Shown here piece after piece: positions 40,493-49,161 of a DNA stretch of 64,000 bases. Made by a program: the position numbers and the translations under genes. Position 1 is the stretch's first letter. Every line of letters begins with the position of its first letter. The notes beneath the pieces were generated by a model. That model had not been told where the DNA came from. It did not search any database and saw only the letters and a program-made list of their open reading frames with translations. Source of the stretch: Methanobacteriota archaeon (GTDB lineage Archaea > Thermoplasmatota > Poseidoniia > Poseidoniales > Poseidoniaceae). The stretch is from the NCBI GenBank assembly GCA_038141355.1, contig JAYQHX010000002.1, positions 165,073-229,072 on the forward strand, read 5' to 3'.

Positions 40493-41039
40493 GCCTGGAG
40501 TATTCTCCTTTCAAAAAAAGTATCAATATTTTCTTTACCAAATAATTCTATTAGTTCGGATTTAGCGGTTTCGATAGGCATTAAATCTGGAGCCGAGTTT
40601 AAGGTATGCTATCAGTAATACTTTTTCTCTTAATTTTCTACCTCTGATTCGGGTTTAGATTTTCTTCGAAGCTTCCGGAATCAATTTATTTTCAATGTCC
40701 GATGTCCATTCATCGAAAGCGATATATGAAAACGGGTCGAGATATGTTTTAAAGACATCAGAAAGCAAGTTGTCAATTAACATTGGAAATATATCCGGTT
40801 CATAATATCCAACGAGGTCTCCTGGGCTTGTACTAATTGATTTGGATAATCAACAATAAAAACAATACTAAGAGTTTCACAAACGTCATAGTGGAATCCG
40901 ATCGTTGACAAAGTTTCTCCCATCATCTGATAATATACCCAAATCATACATTCCGGCTATGAAAATAATAAGCGATAGTAAAGACGCGAATGAAATAATA
41001 ATTGAGTTATTCTTCGATTTTTTTATCGCATCCATTAAT

Positions 41040-41321
41040 TCATCGAATCCTCGAATACCCCCTTATCGGATGTCCAGAGTTTTGCATTTCAGTAATATCA
41101 GAAATAAATTTATACATCAACAATCCATTTGCAGTAAACATTGTAGAAATCAATACAAAAATTATCCATAATACTAAGAGGTAAATTCTACTAAAATCAT
41201 CAAATTTAGATGGTGCCTTAATTAACATTATTAGAATTAAAATAGACAGTGTTGTCATCAAAATTTTATTGTGAAGTGAACTTAGTTTGTTTAGTGTTTG
41301 TTGCAATTCCAAATTAATCAC
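41040..41321 (-). CDS. hypothetical small membrane protein
   Basis: 93 aa with three hydrophobic segments. It lies in the AT-rich segment and has no recognised family. Confidence 0.3.
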   Translation of the reverse strand: MINLELQQTLNKLSSLHNKILMTTLSILILIMLIKAPSKFDDFSRIYLLVLWIIFVLISTMFTANGLLMYKFISDITEMQNSGHPIRGYSRIR

Positions 41322-41466
41322 CTTTGAGCATATCTAATTGTCATACTTCCCATAAAATTTTGTCACATCTGGTGGAATATATATTTGCTTTTGCTTCAAT
41401 TCCTTGGTTTTCACTTAATTCACCGATAGTCATAATCGAATATTGTTTTACCCAATATTTTGTATG

Positions 41467-42150
41467 TTAATCAAGTCCAATGGTCGGTGTCATTTTCACA
41501 TCTACAATAGTTTCAGATTTCCCGGACAAGGAAATAAATCCATCATCCCCAACCAATTCATGTTCTGAATTTGTAATTCTTTCATTCCCGAATAACAATA
41601 TCGAATTTTCATTTTGTCCATCAAGTTTGAAATTATTACTAAAGAAATTTAAACTGGTAGTCATGATACCTTTTGCATTAATATTCATTCCAAAACTTAG
41701 TGGTATTTCTACGTCGCCTATTGTATTCAATAATTTCAACAGTCCAGACAATGCAGGGTTAGTAGAAACTAGGTTTTCTAAAACAAAGAGTAGATTGAAT
41801 CCGGCTACATCAAATGTTTGGTCTAGTTCAAATCACCAAATTCACCATCCTCAAAATCTGATAACTGTATTGCTTTATCCCAGTAATAGATACCGGACAA
41901 ACATCAGAATTTGTCTTGAAAGATGGCATGTCATCGTATAATGATGCACAAGAGATCATTGGAATTTCAACTTCTCCATCCTTCCATGTTCTATCAGATT
42001 TATCCCAAACAGAATATTTAGTCAAGATCCATGGACGAACGCTACCAGTGGAATCTAAGTTTGATGATGCATTTGTTATATCAAATGAATTATTTTCAAT
42101 GTCTATATTGTGCTCGGAAATTAAATAATCAATTGGCAGCCTAAACTCAT
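41467..42150 (-). pseudogene. decayed or frame-split hypothetical gene
   Basis: The ORFs 41828..42025 and 41467..41751 and the short frames around them read as one ~220-aa sequence (MSLGCQLI / DYLISEHNIDIENN…GIKQYSYQI / EDGEFGDL / LDQTFDVAGFNLLF…TPTIGLD). Joining them requires three or four frame changes. Confidence 0.3.
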
Positions 42151-42496
42151 TTTATATCTTACTCCAACTGCTATGGAGAAATCACTTTTGTGAATGGTAA
42201 ATCAATGAATTGCATTGGGCTGATTGAATCAATTGAGAATTCACCTGATATTTGAGTTTCAAGTTTTGTAATACCTACCAAATCTGGCCAAATGATATAA
42301 TACAATCATTATCTCAAACTATCATGGATGACCAATTTTGAGGATTTTGAGGAAAAAGAAACCCCTGTTGAGGTTGCGAAAAAAATCATCTTAGTAGCAA
42401 TCGTTTGTGCGATGGTCATGGTTTTTTTTTCTTGGGAATGTGAAACTTAAAATCAGCATTAAATAATATTTAGAACTACTAATTTTTCAGAGGTTC

Positions 42497-43639
42497 ATGT
42501 CTGACGACCTGATGTCTAAACCGGGTCGTATTGCGTCAAGTTTGGCGAAATTAATTGAGTTAATCCTTCAACGAATTTCAAACATCAGCGCTGTTTTTGA
42601 AGAAGATGCTAGAGTATATTCTACCAGACGAGAAAGACTTGCCTATTCTTACAAACTAAAGAGACTAGCACTTTTTCGCAGCGCAATAATTGGTGGCATA
42701 GCAAGCGCCATCCCAATTTTGATAATCTACAATCTAGTGTTTCCAATTTTGCCTGAATTAGATTCTAGCAAGAATGATGTCACGGGTTGGAATTCATTTT
42801 TCCTGATTGCAGTAATCGTAATTATTTCTGTAATTATTACATTGATTGAGTTATTTTTCCTTTATCTTGATACAGTGCGGTATGCAGGGAAATTGAATGT
42901 AGCAACACAGAGAAAGGTCGAATCCAAAAGCGAAGTGGATTCTGTAATTGAAGAAAGATTGCCACTTGGTCTAACCAGGGCGGCGATAGGACTTGGTAAG
43001 GATAGAACACCAAGGTATGGAATTGACCCCATGCGAGGAACATCGAAAATTAGTGTAGCAGCAAAAGGTGCAGCGTTTCAAGCTCAGGCTTTTTTAATGA
43101 ATATGGTTGTAAAGCGATTATTGCGAAGAGTCATGGTCAGAACTCTTGGAAGAAGTGCTCCAAGAGCATTAGCAGAATGGATACTGGTTCCTATTTACAT
43201 GGCTTGGAACGTGATCGGAACATCTAGAATAATGGATGAATTGATTCAAAGAGCAAATGGCCTCGAACAAACAGAGTATTTGCTTGACGAATTATCACTC
43301 AAAGAAGAAAAATCAGAGCATCTTGATTTCTTTTTGAAACAGGGTCTTTCTAATCGAATCGAAAAATCTAGGTCAATACACCCTAATATCGAATTCTTGA
43401 TATTGAAATTAGGCTATGAAAATCTAGAAACTGAAAAAACGAGTGAAATTTCATCTCTTTCCTTAGAAGAAAAAGAAATTCTTGGCAAATTTTTGCTCTC
43501 TTTACCTTTGATGGAAGGAAAAGGAAGAAGACTAAGCAATAGAAATAGCGAATTAGCAGTTCAGTGTATGGATAATGATGATTGCAGAGCATGGACAATT
43601 AAGTTTAGGAAGTATACTTTCAAAGGTGTAGAAATCTAA
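42497..43639 (+). CDS. hypothetical membrane protein
   Basis: 380 aa with two TM helices near residues 70-125 and a long Arg/Lys-rich cytoplasmic region. The family was not recognised. Confidence 0.5.
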   Translation: MSDDLMSKPGRIASSLAKLIELILQRISNISAVFEEDARVYSTRRERLAYSYKLKRLALFRSAIIGGIASAIPILIIYNLVFPILPELDSSKNDVTGWNSFFLIAVIVIISVIITLIELFFLYLDTVRYAGKLNVATQRKVESKSEVDSVIEERLPLGLTRAAIGLGKDRTPRYGIDPMRGTSKISVAAKGAAFQAQAFLMNMVVKRLLRRVMVRTLGRSAPRALAEWILVPIYMAWNVIGTSRIMDELIQRANGLEQTEYLLDELSLKEEKSEHLDFFLKQGLSNRIEKSRSIHPNIEFLILKLGYENLETEKTSEISSLSLEEKEILGKFLLSLPLMEGKGRRLSNRNSELAVQCMDNDDCRAWTIKFRKYTFKGVEI

Positions 43640-44307
43640 TTTGCTAGTCTAGATGCTAAATCAATGTAGGTTTCTTTATCCTGTTTAAGCGATCTAATGT
43701 ATCTGGGAATTGTGTGGTTTGACATTTCTAAATCTTGTAAACTGCCAACCCATTCTAGATTAGTTGCAGGTTGTTCTAATGAGCTGTCTTCTGAAGAATG
43801 AAGAGACCATATTGAGCATCCATCCTCATCGGGCGACTTGACCTGAAGACACCACTTTTGAGGGAGGATACCGTTTGCACAAACAAGGTCGTTTCTCTGG
43901 GTAAATCTAACAATACAATCATCTTTGACATATTTTACACCCATTTGATTTAGAGCATCAATTGAGTCATCATCTTCAGCCCCGAGTTGGAACCAAATCA
44001 AAGGAAAATTATCCGAGTCTAATGAGAGAATAAGTTTTCTAATTACATTTCGAGCACGCTCCGGTGCTAAAAACAGGACAACGATTTCGGGGATAATTCC
44101 CTCCTCAAGGTTTGGTCTGATAGGAAAACCTTCGATAGTTGCGCCTCCATCTTTTGGATGAATTGGAGCAACTGCCCAGCCTCTATCCGATAGCTCCTTT
44201 ACCGCTGTATGTGCTGGCCTCTCTTTGTTTAATCCAGAACCAAAAATATGGATAGTGGATGTATTTGAAACTAGATTTACCAACATATCGGAGTTTGAGA
44301 CATCCAT
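43636..44307 (-). CDS. CoA-binding-domain protein with unknown C-terminal domain
   Basis: IHIFGSGLNKERPAHTAVKELSDRGWAVAPIHPK…IEGFPI…IVVLFLAPERA follows the YccU/CoA_binding_2 pattern. The C-terminal ~90 aa are unassigned. Confidence 0.55.
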   Translation of the reverse strand: MDVSNSDMLVNLVSNTSTIHIFGSGLNKERPAHTAVKELSDRGWAVAPIHPKDGGATIEGFPIRPNLEEGIIPEIVVLFLAPERARNVIRKLILSLDSDNFPLIWFQLGAEDDDSIDALNQMGVKYVKDDCIVRFTQRNDLVCANGILPQKWCLQVKSPDEDGCSIWSLHSSEDSSLEQPATNLEWVGSLQDLEMSNHTIPRYIRSLKQDKETYIDLASRLAN

Positions 44308-44383
44308 GGTGGAATGTCATATAACGTAGTTATCAAGGCTTGTTTTATTCATGATTTTTGTTGGATTTCACAAGTCAATGTAT

Positions 44384-44815
44384 TCACTTTTTCACATACA
44401 TTTTGTACTTGGTCACGTAAAACAATTGATGAAATAATCTTCTAATTTGGAGTGTAAAAATCATCTTTAAGGACTTGAGAAATCTATCTAACAGTATTGC
44501 AGAGAATGTTATGATTCCTGGGAATTTAATTTGTTTGTAGCCGGATTTCAACAACGCTCGTTTCAAAAACGGGTTTCTTGTGAAGACAATTATTGAATCA
44601 CCACATTGGTCAAGGATTTCGTAAGTCAATCCTTTATTTCTATGATTTTTATCAATAATTAGTGTGTTAAGTTCTTGATATTTCCCTCTTTTTGAAAGTG
44701 AGTAATGAGCGATCGGTTTTCCTTCCTCATGTATGAAAACCGAGTTATTTGTGACATATGGAAGTATGTCGAACTCCTTTTCTGCCTGGTTTTTCAACCA
44801 CATCTTGGAGTCCAT
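44384..44815 (-). CDS. GNAT-like N-acetyltransferase (tentative)
   Basis: 143 aa. LNTLIIDKNHRNKGLTYEIL resembles GNAT motif A (R-x-x-G-x-G/A variant). Confidence 0.4.
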   Translation of the reverse strand: MDSKMWLKNQAEKEFDILPYVTNNSVFIHEEGKPIAHYSLSKRGKYQELNTLIIDKNHRNKGLTYEILDQCGDSIIVFTRNPFLKRALLKSGYKQIKFPGIITFSAILLDRFLKSLKMIFTLQIRRLFHQLFYVTKYKMYVKK

Positions 44816-44910
44816 GTTATTTGTTATCCAGACCCAATCTATTTTGTTTATTATTTATCTGTTAATAAACATAACAATTCAAATATACTCATGCTGTTAA
44901 GCACGATTCC

Positions 44911-45948
44911 ATGAAGAGAGCCTTAACCTTGTTTTTGACCGTTTTATTATTGTCTCAAGTCGCATCATATTCGTTCAACGAAATTCCACCTCAAATCGAA
45001 TGGAAAGAGCACATGAAAGGAGATCCAGATTGGGAAGTTTCTGGACGAAACAACAATTCTACCGGAAACAATACTGGATGTGGTTATGACTGGAATTATT
45101 CGAGTATGTCCGCCTATGCAAACGGATATTCATTTTACATCGGTGATGATTACAATGTTTCAATTTATTCGTCGTGTTTACTATACAACGAAAATATGGT
45201 AATAAAATACAATGTTACTCATGTTTATTCCAACACAATTCTGACTTATGGTAGCTGGCAATGGGTGCCTACGAATCTAAGCAATTTGTCATCATTGCAT
45301 TATTTTGAGTCTCTCAATTTGCAAACAACTGGGGTTTACACAACACATATTGGACTATATCATTACAACGGTGCTTCAACTTATTCACTACTTGATAGCA
45401 CGTCTCATAATTTCACAGTTCAGAATAACACCAGTGGAAACAACACAGGTGGAAACAACACAGGTGGAAACAACACAGGTGGAAACAACACAGGTGGAAA
45501 CAACACTGGAGGAAACAACACAGGTGGAAACAACACTGGTGGAAACAACACAGGTGGCAACAACACTGGAGGAAACAATACCAGCAATCCGTGTGGAAAC
45601 AATTCTAATTACACCTATCTATACACTTGGTCTGATGCTTATTCGTACTATGTCGGAGACACAGTCACTCTTACCTGGTATGTCAATTGTACAGTAATTG
45701 GTGAAAACTACACCATTCATTCATTCTTAAGAAATTCTGATACTGGTAGCACTTACTATGGCGCCTACGATTTATGGTCTTGGACGGCTAACAGCAATTA
45801 TGCAAGTTTCAATGATTACATATCAAACGAGACTGTGGGCTACAACTGTCTGAATTCTTCCCTGTATGATGGCGCAGGGAACTTTTTGGATTCATATGTT
45901 CACTGTTTCTGGGTTTACAACAATACAAGCGGAAATAAATGGGAATAA
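44911..45948 (+). CDS. large exported Asn/Thr-rich glycoprotein, N-terminal fragment (frameshifted)
   Basis: Signal peptide MKRALTLFLTVLLLSQVASYS, two Tyr-rich modules, many N-x-S/T sequons and a (GNNTG)n linker. The frame is lost near 45937-45939. Confidence 0.7.
   Translation: MKRALTLFLTVLLLSQVASYSFNEIPPQIEWKEHMKGDPDWEVSGRNNNSTGNNTGCGYDWNYSSMSAYANGYSFYIGDDYNVSIYSSCLLYNENMVIKYNVTHVYSNTILTYGSWQWVPTNLSNLSSLHYFESLNLQTTGVYTTHIGLYHYNGASTYSLLDSTSHNFTVQNNTSGNNTGGNNTGGNNTGGNNTGGNNTGGNNTGGNNTGGNNTGGNNTGGNNTSNPCGNNSNYTYLYTWSDAYSYYVGDTVTLTWYVNCTVIGENYTIHSFLRNSDTGSTYYGAYDLWSWTANSNYASFNDYISNETVGYNCLNSSLYDGAGNFLDSYVHCFWVYNNTSGNKWE
45436..45585 (+). repeat. tandem 15-bp coding repeat, about 10 units (consensus GGAAACAACACAGGT) encoding (G-N-N-T-G)n
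   Basis: The units were read directly and differ only at synonymous or near-synonymous positions. Each unit contains an N-N-T sequon. Confidence 0.9.
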
Positions 45949-47467
45949 CACCGGAGGAAACAACACAGGTGGCAACAATACCAGTGGCAACAACACTGGA
46001 GGAAATTACACCAATGTGACAGGACAGATCGATATTGACACAAATGGATATCAATACTATATTGGGGATACCGTTGTCATCGACGTCGAATCGTTTGATT
46101 TGATAACTGGAGTTGATTACGAGGTAGATTGGTACATCAATTACAATAGTAATTCTGGAACCTACAACTGGCAAGCAACAGGATACAATCACATTTACAC
46201 AGATTCCCTAACACCAAACTTCAACGGTACATTTTGTATTGATGCTTATCTTTACTACACCGACGGCTTAACAATGAACTGGTTGGATAATGATAACACC
46301 TGTTTCAAGGTTGGAAATCAAACAACAAATAACACAGGCGGCAATAACACTGGTGGCAACAATACTGGTGGGAATAATACTGGCGGCAATAATACCGGTG
46401 GCAACAATTCTGGAAACATGACTTGGGGTAATATCACAATCTGGACCTACGATTCTACCTACTATACCTTTAGCAACGTACAATTCAACATTGATTCTTA
46501 TGTCTCCGATGTAGGTCTGATGTATGAAGTTGATTGGGAGGGTTATGATTACAGCATCGGAACATTTGATAGTGGATCCTATTCTTGGGCAGCTACGAGT
46601 AATACTCATGCTCAAACATTGAATTTCATGTTCTCTGAAAATGAAACATATTGTGTGACTGCAGTTCTTTACTTGTCCTCAACAGGCCAATATCTAGACT
46701 CAGATTATACATGCGTTGATTTAATTCATAACATGTCAGATATGGATAACGATGGTATTGATGATTCAGTCGACAATTGTTTGAACTTGAGTAACTCCGA
46801 CCAACTAGATTCAGATGGTGATGGAACTGGCGATGCATGTGAAATGGATAGTGACTTAGATGGAGTCATTGATGACATCGACAACTGTCCATACGATGAT
46901 AACGTTGACCAAATCGATACAGATGGTGACGGAGTTGGTGATGCATGCGACCCAGATATCGACGGAGATGGTGTAGTTAACGGAAATGATGCATTCCCAT
47001 ACGATGAGGACGAATATCGAGACTTCGATGGTGATGGAATCGGCGACAACGCAGACCCAGACGATGATAATGACGGCATGGCAGATGATGTAGACGTATT
47101 CCCGTACGACTCATCAGAACAGATTGATACCGACGGTGATGGAATAGGAAACAATGCTGACACAGATGACGATGGCGACGGTATTACCGATGTATTGGAT
47201 AACTGTCCTGACGTACCAAATCCAGACCAAGCAGACCTTGATGGTGATGGAATTGGCTCAGAATGTGATGACCTTGAAGATACGATCGAAGGAAGTGGAC
47301 GAAAACTCCACAATCCTCGAAGACAAGATCCCTGCGCTCGGTGCTGTTGGAACTCTAGCAGCAATCACAATCGGATTTATTGCTGTGCTACGAAGAGAAG
47401 AAGAATAAGTTCAATTCTCCAATTGACGCAATCTTTCGATTGCAAGAGCGCTGACGGCGACTTGTAG
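45866..47467 (+). CDS. same glycoprotein, central fragment (two more modules plus Asp-rich Ca-binding repeats)
   Basis: The frame continues …GNNTGGNNTGGNNT… from about 45940. It contains Y-Y-I-G-D-T-V modules and DxDxDGxxDxxD repeats. After about 47290 the translation turns into an implausible Cys/Arg-rich tail. Confidence 0.7.
   Translation: MMAQGTFWIHMFTVSGFTTIQAEINGNNTGGNNTGGNNTSGNNTGGNYTNVTGQIDIDTNGYQYYIGDTVVIDVESFDLITGVDYEVDWYINYNSNSGTYNWQATGYNHIYTDSLTPNFNGTFCIDAYLYYTDGLTMNWLDNDNTCFKVGNQTTNNTGGNNTGGNNTGGNNTGGNNTGGNNSGNMTWGNITIWTYDSTYYTFSNVQFNIDSYVSDVGLMYEVDWEGYDYSIGTFDSGSYSWAATSNTHAQTLNFMFSENETYCVTAVLYLSSTGQYLDSDYTCVDLIHNMSDMDNDGIDDSVDNCLNLSNSDQLDSDGDGTGDACEMDSDLDGVIDDIDNCPYDDNVDQIDTDGDGVGDACDPDIDGDGVVNGNDAFPYDEDEYRDFDGDGIGDNADPDDDNDGMADDVDVFPYDSSEQIDTDGDGIGNNADTDDDGDGITDVLDNCPDVPNPDQADLDGDGIGSECDDLEDTIEGSGRKLHNPRRQDPCARCCWNSSSNHNRIYCCATKRRRISSILQLTQSFDCKSADGDL
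45944..46012 (+). repeat. second (GNNTG)n array, about 4 units
   Basis: AATAACACCGGAGGAAACAACACAGGTGGCAACAATACCAGTGGCAACAACACTGGA…. Confidence 0.8.
46328..46415 (+). repeat. third (GNNTG)n array, about 5-6 units
   Basis: AATAACACAGGCGGCAATAACACTGGTGGCAACAATACTGGTGGGAATAATACTGGCGGCAATAATACCGGTGGCAAC…. Confidence 0.8.
46733..47275 (+). repeat. Asp-rich calcium-binding repeats (thrombospondin type-3-like, DxDxDGxxDxxD), about 10 copies at protein level
   Basis: DNDGIDDSVDNC, DSDGDGTGDAC, DSDLDGVIDDIDNC, DTDGDGVGDAC, DIDGDGVVN, DFDGDGIGDNAD, DDDNDGMADD, DTDGDGIGNNAD, DDDGDGITD, DLDGDGIGSEC. Confidence 0.8.
47154..47408 (+). CDS. same glycoprotein, C-terminal fragment carrying the membrane anchor
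   Basis: From about 47293 this third frame reads VDENSTILEDKIPALGAVGTLAAITIGFIAVLRREEE*, a TM anchor with a charged end. Its stop at 47408 sits 2 nt from the convergent SpoU gene. Confidence 0.6.
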   Translation: MLTQMTMATVLPMYWITVLTYQIQTKQTLMVMELAQNVMTLKIRSKEVDENSTILEDKIPALGAVGTLAAITIGFIAVLRREEE

Positions 47468-48103
47468 ATTGTAAGATGGCACGAAGCCAGGCATTGGTAA
47501 TCTCACGATTTCATCGGCTGCATCGAGCACTTCCTGAGAAACGCCTTCGTTCTCTGCTCCAACCACAAGCAAGACATCTCCGGTCATATCTGCATCCCAG
47601 GGGGCCTTATCGCCTACATCTTCAGCGACAATGATTTTTCTATTACAGGCTGCAAGAACTTCTTCGGTACTTGCATAAACAACTGGAATAAATCTGTTAG
47701 CCCTCATTCCTGTTCTGCGAATAGTCCTCTTTTCTTCATGTGTTTTATTGGTATTAACTATCACAGCGGTTGCTCCACTTACTTCCGCAGTCCTTACTGC
47801 AAAACCAATATTTGGCGCATAATCCACTCCATCAAAAAGCCATATTGCGCCGCTTCTTTGGAAAATTTCTTCGAGGCCTCCTTCTGGTTCCCTACCGATT
47901 AGGGCAAGGGCTTTTTGTTGGCCTTTTGCACTCATTCTCCAAAGGTCGGTAGAAGACCCTTCAATGACTTTGATATTTTTTTCTTTACAAATTCGGATTA
48001 TCTCCGAGCAGTCTTCATCTCTATCGATTAAAACTAGCTTGACATCCTCATCATTTCCCAGCGCTTTTAGCACTGCATCCTCACCGGTGATTTGAAGGGA
48101 CAC
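47411..48103 (-). CDS. SpoU/TrmH-family RNA 2'-O-methyltransferase
   Basis: 230 aa with an N-terminal L30e-like substrate domain. SPOUT motifs are IWLFDGVDYAPNIG, LLVVGAENEGVS and RLPMPGFVPSYNLQVAVS. Confidence 0.85.
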   Translation of the reverse strand: MSLQITGEDAVLKALGNDEDVKLVLIDRDEDCSEIIRICKEKNIKVIEGSSTDLWRMSAKGQQKALALIGREPEGGLEEIFQRSGAIWLFDGVDYAPNIGFAVRTAEVSGATAVIVNTNKTHEEKRTIRRTGMRANRFIPVVYASTEEVLAACNRKIIVAEDVGDKAPWDADMTGDVLLVVGAENEGVSQEVLDAADEIVRLPMPGFVPSYNLQVAVSALAIERLRQLEN

Positions 48104-48223
48104 AACCCCCGAATACGCACTAACAAATGAGTCAATCCCTCATTTTGCACGGAAATTGCGCGTCGCGGTATTCAAATATGAAAGGTAAGTGGCCAAAACG
48201 CTCCAAGGAGTAGGTGATGTAAA

Positions 48224-48814
48224 ATGGCTAAGGGTCTGTACCAGCATGTTCGTGCAACATGGAATCGCCCAAAGGATACTCAAACACATCAACAGAGACA
48301 GGATAGGATGGTTCAATGGAGAAGAGAACCAGTCAACTGTCGAATTGAAAAACCTACCAGAATCGATGCCGCTAGAAGACTTGGATACAAGGCTAAGCAA
48401 GGAGTAATCATGGTTAGAACAAGAGTTCGCCGTGGTGGTCTAAGGAAGGGTAAAATTCACATGAAGAGAAAGCCATCTAAAGCTGGTATTTCCAAGATTA
48501 CAATGGCAAAGAACACTCAAAGGATTGCTGAAGAGCGTGTTAACAGACACTTCCCAAATCTGGAAGTATTGAATTCGTATTGGGTTGGCCAAGATGGTAA
48601 GCACAAGTATTACGAAATTATCATGCTAGATCCTTCACATCCTGCAATTAAGGCAGACAAAGATCTCGGATGGATTGCTGAATCCCACCACAGAGGTAGA
48701 GCATACCGTGGTAAGACAAGCGCAGGTAAGCGCGGAAGAGGTCTTTACAACAAGGGTAAGGGTACAGAAAAACTACGCCCATCTCTAAAGGCTCGTGGAA
48801 ACATAGGAAAGTAG
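48224..48814 (+). CDS. rpl15e: 50S ribosomal protein L15e
   Basis: MAKGLYQHVRATWNRP…RLGYKAKQG…VRVRRGG…KG is a typical L15e. Confidence 0.92.
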   Translation: MAKGLYQHVRATWNRPKDTQTHQQRQDRMVQWRREPVNCRIEKPTRIDAARRLGYKAKQGVIMVRTRVRRGGLRKGKIHMKRKPSKAGISKITMAKNTQRIAEERVNRHFPNLEVLNSYWVGQDGKHKYYEIIMLDPSHPAIKADKDLGWIAESHHRGRAYRGKTSAGKRGRGLYNKGKGTEKLRPSLKARGNIGK

Positions 48815-48846
48815 TTTGAATTTTCATTCTACATTGAATTCATCCG

Positions 48847-49152
48847 TTGGGTTCATTGGGTACCAGTTATCCAGCCAACATTGGGGAGAGTCAAATGCCG
48901 AGTGATATGAGTGTATCACAATTAATTGACAAAGAAATTTATCTTCCCGATGGCAGGTTACTTGGTTTTGTTGCTGAAACGGTTATCGATGGAAACGATC
49001 TTTGCGCAACTCATCTTTTTGTATCAGGCTGTCCAGAGGAACTTGTCGAAAAAGGAGTCCACCTAACCATACCTTGGAGATGGGTTCGCTCGATTGGCGA
49101 TGTAGTGATTCTTCGCTGGTTCCCCAAAACGCCTATTCCATACGAACATTGA
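48847..49152 (+). CDS. PRC-barrel domain protein
   Basis: LIDKEIYLPDGRLLGFVAETVIDGNDL…HLFVS…IPWRWVRSIGDVVIL follows the PRC-barrel pattern. The start is more likely MPSDMS near 48895. Confidence 0.55.
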   Translation: MGSLGTSYPANIGESQMPSDMSVSQLIDKEIYLPDGRLLGFVAETVIDGNDLCATHLFVSGCPEELVEKGVHLTIPWRWVRSIGDVVILRWFPKTPIPYEH

Positions 49153-49161
49153 TGTGATACA

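Noticed and set aside
40253-45000. Direct repeat of the tRNA-Tyr 3' half (an att site) bounding the AT-rich segment
   Set aside because: Scanning by eye found only a weak resemblance near 42255 (GAGTTTCAAGTTTTG versus CAGTTCAAGTCTGGG) and no convincing repeat. An integrated-element call is therefore not supported, and the segment is described only as compositionally atypical.
45305-45697. Alternative-frame ORFs across the 15-bp repeats (+ 45305..45697, - 45420..45602), and the possibility that the repeats form a CRISPR array
   Set aside because: The repeats are contiguous 15-bp units with no spacers, and they lie in frame inside a signal-peptide-bearing ORF. The other frames (ETTQV…, VLFPP…) are by-products of the periodicity.
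46726-47364. 212-aa minus-strand Ser/Pro-rich ORF
   Set aside because: It is the antisense reading of the GAT/GAC-rich Asp repeats of the glycoprotein, and the + strand frame has clear Ca-binding repeat structure.
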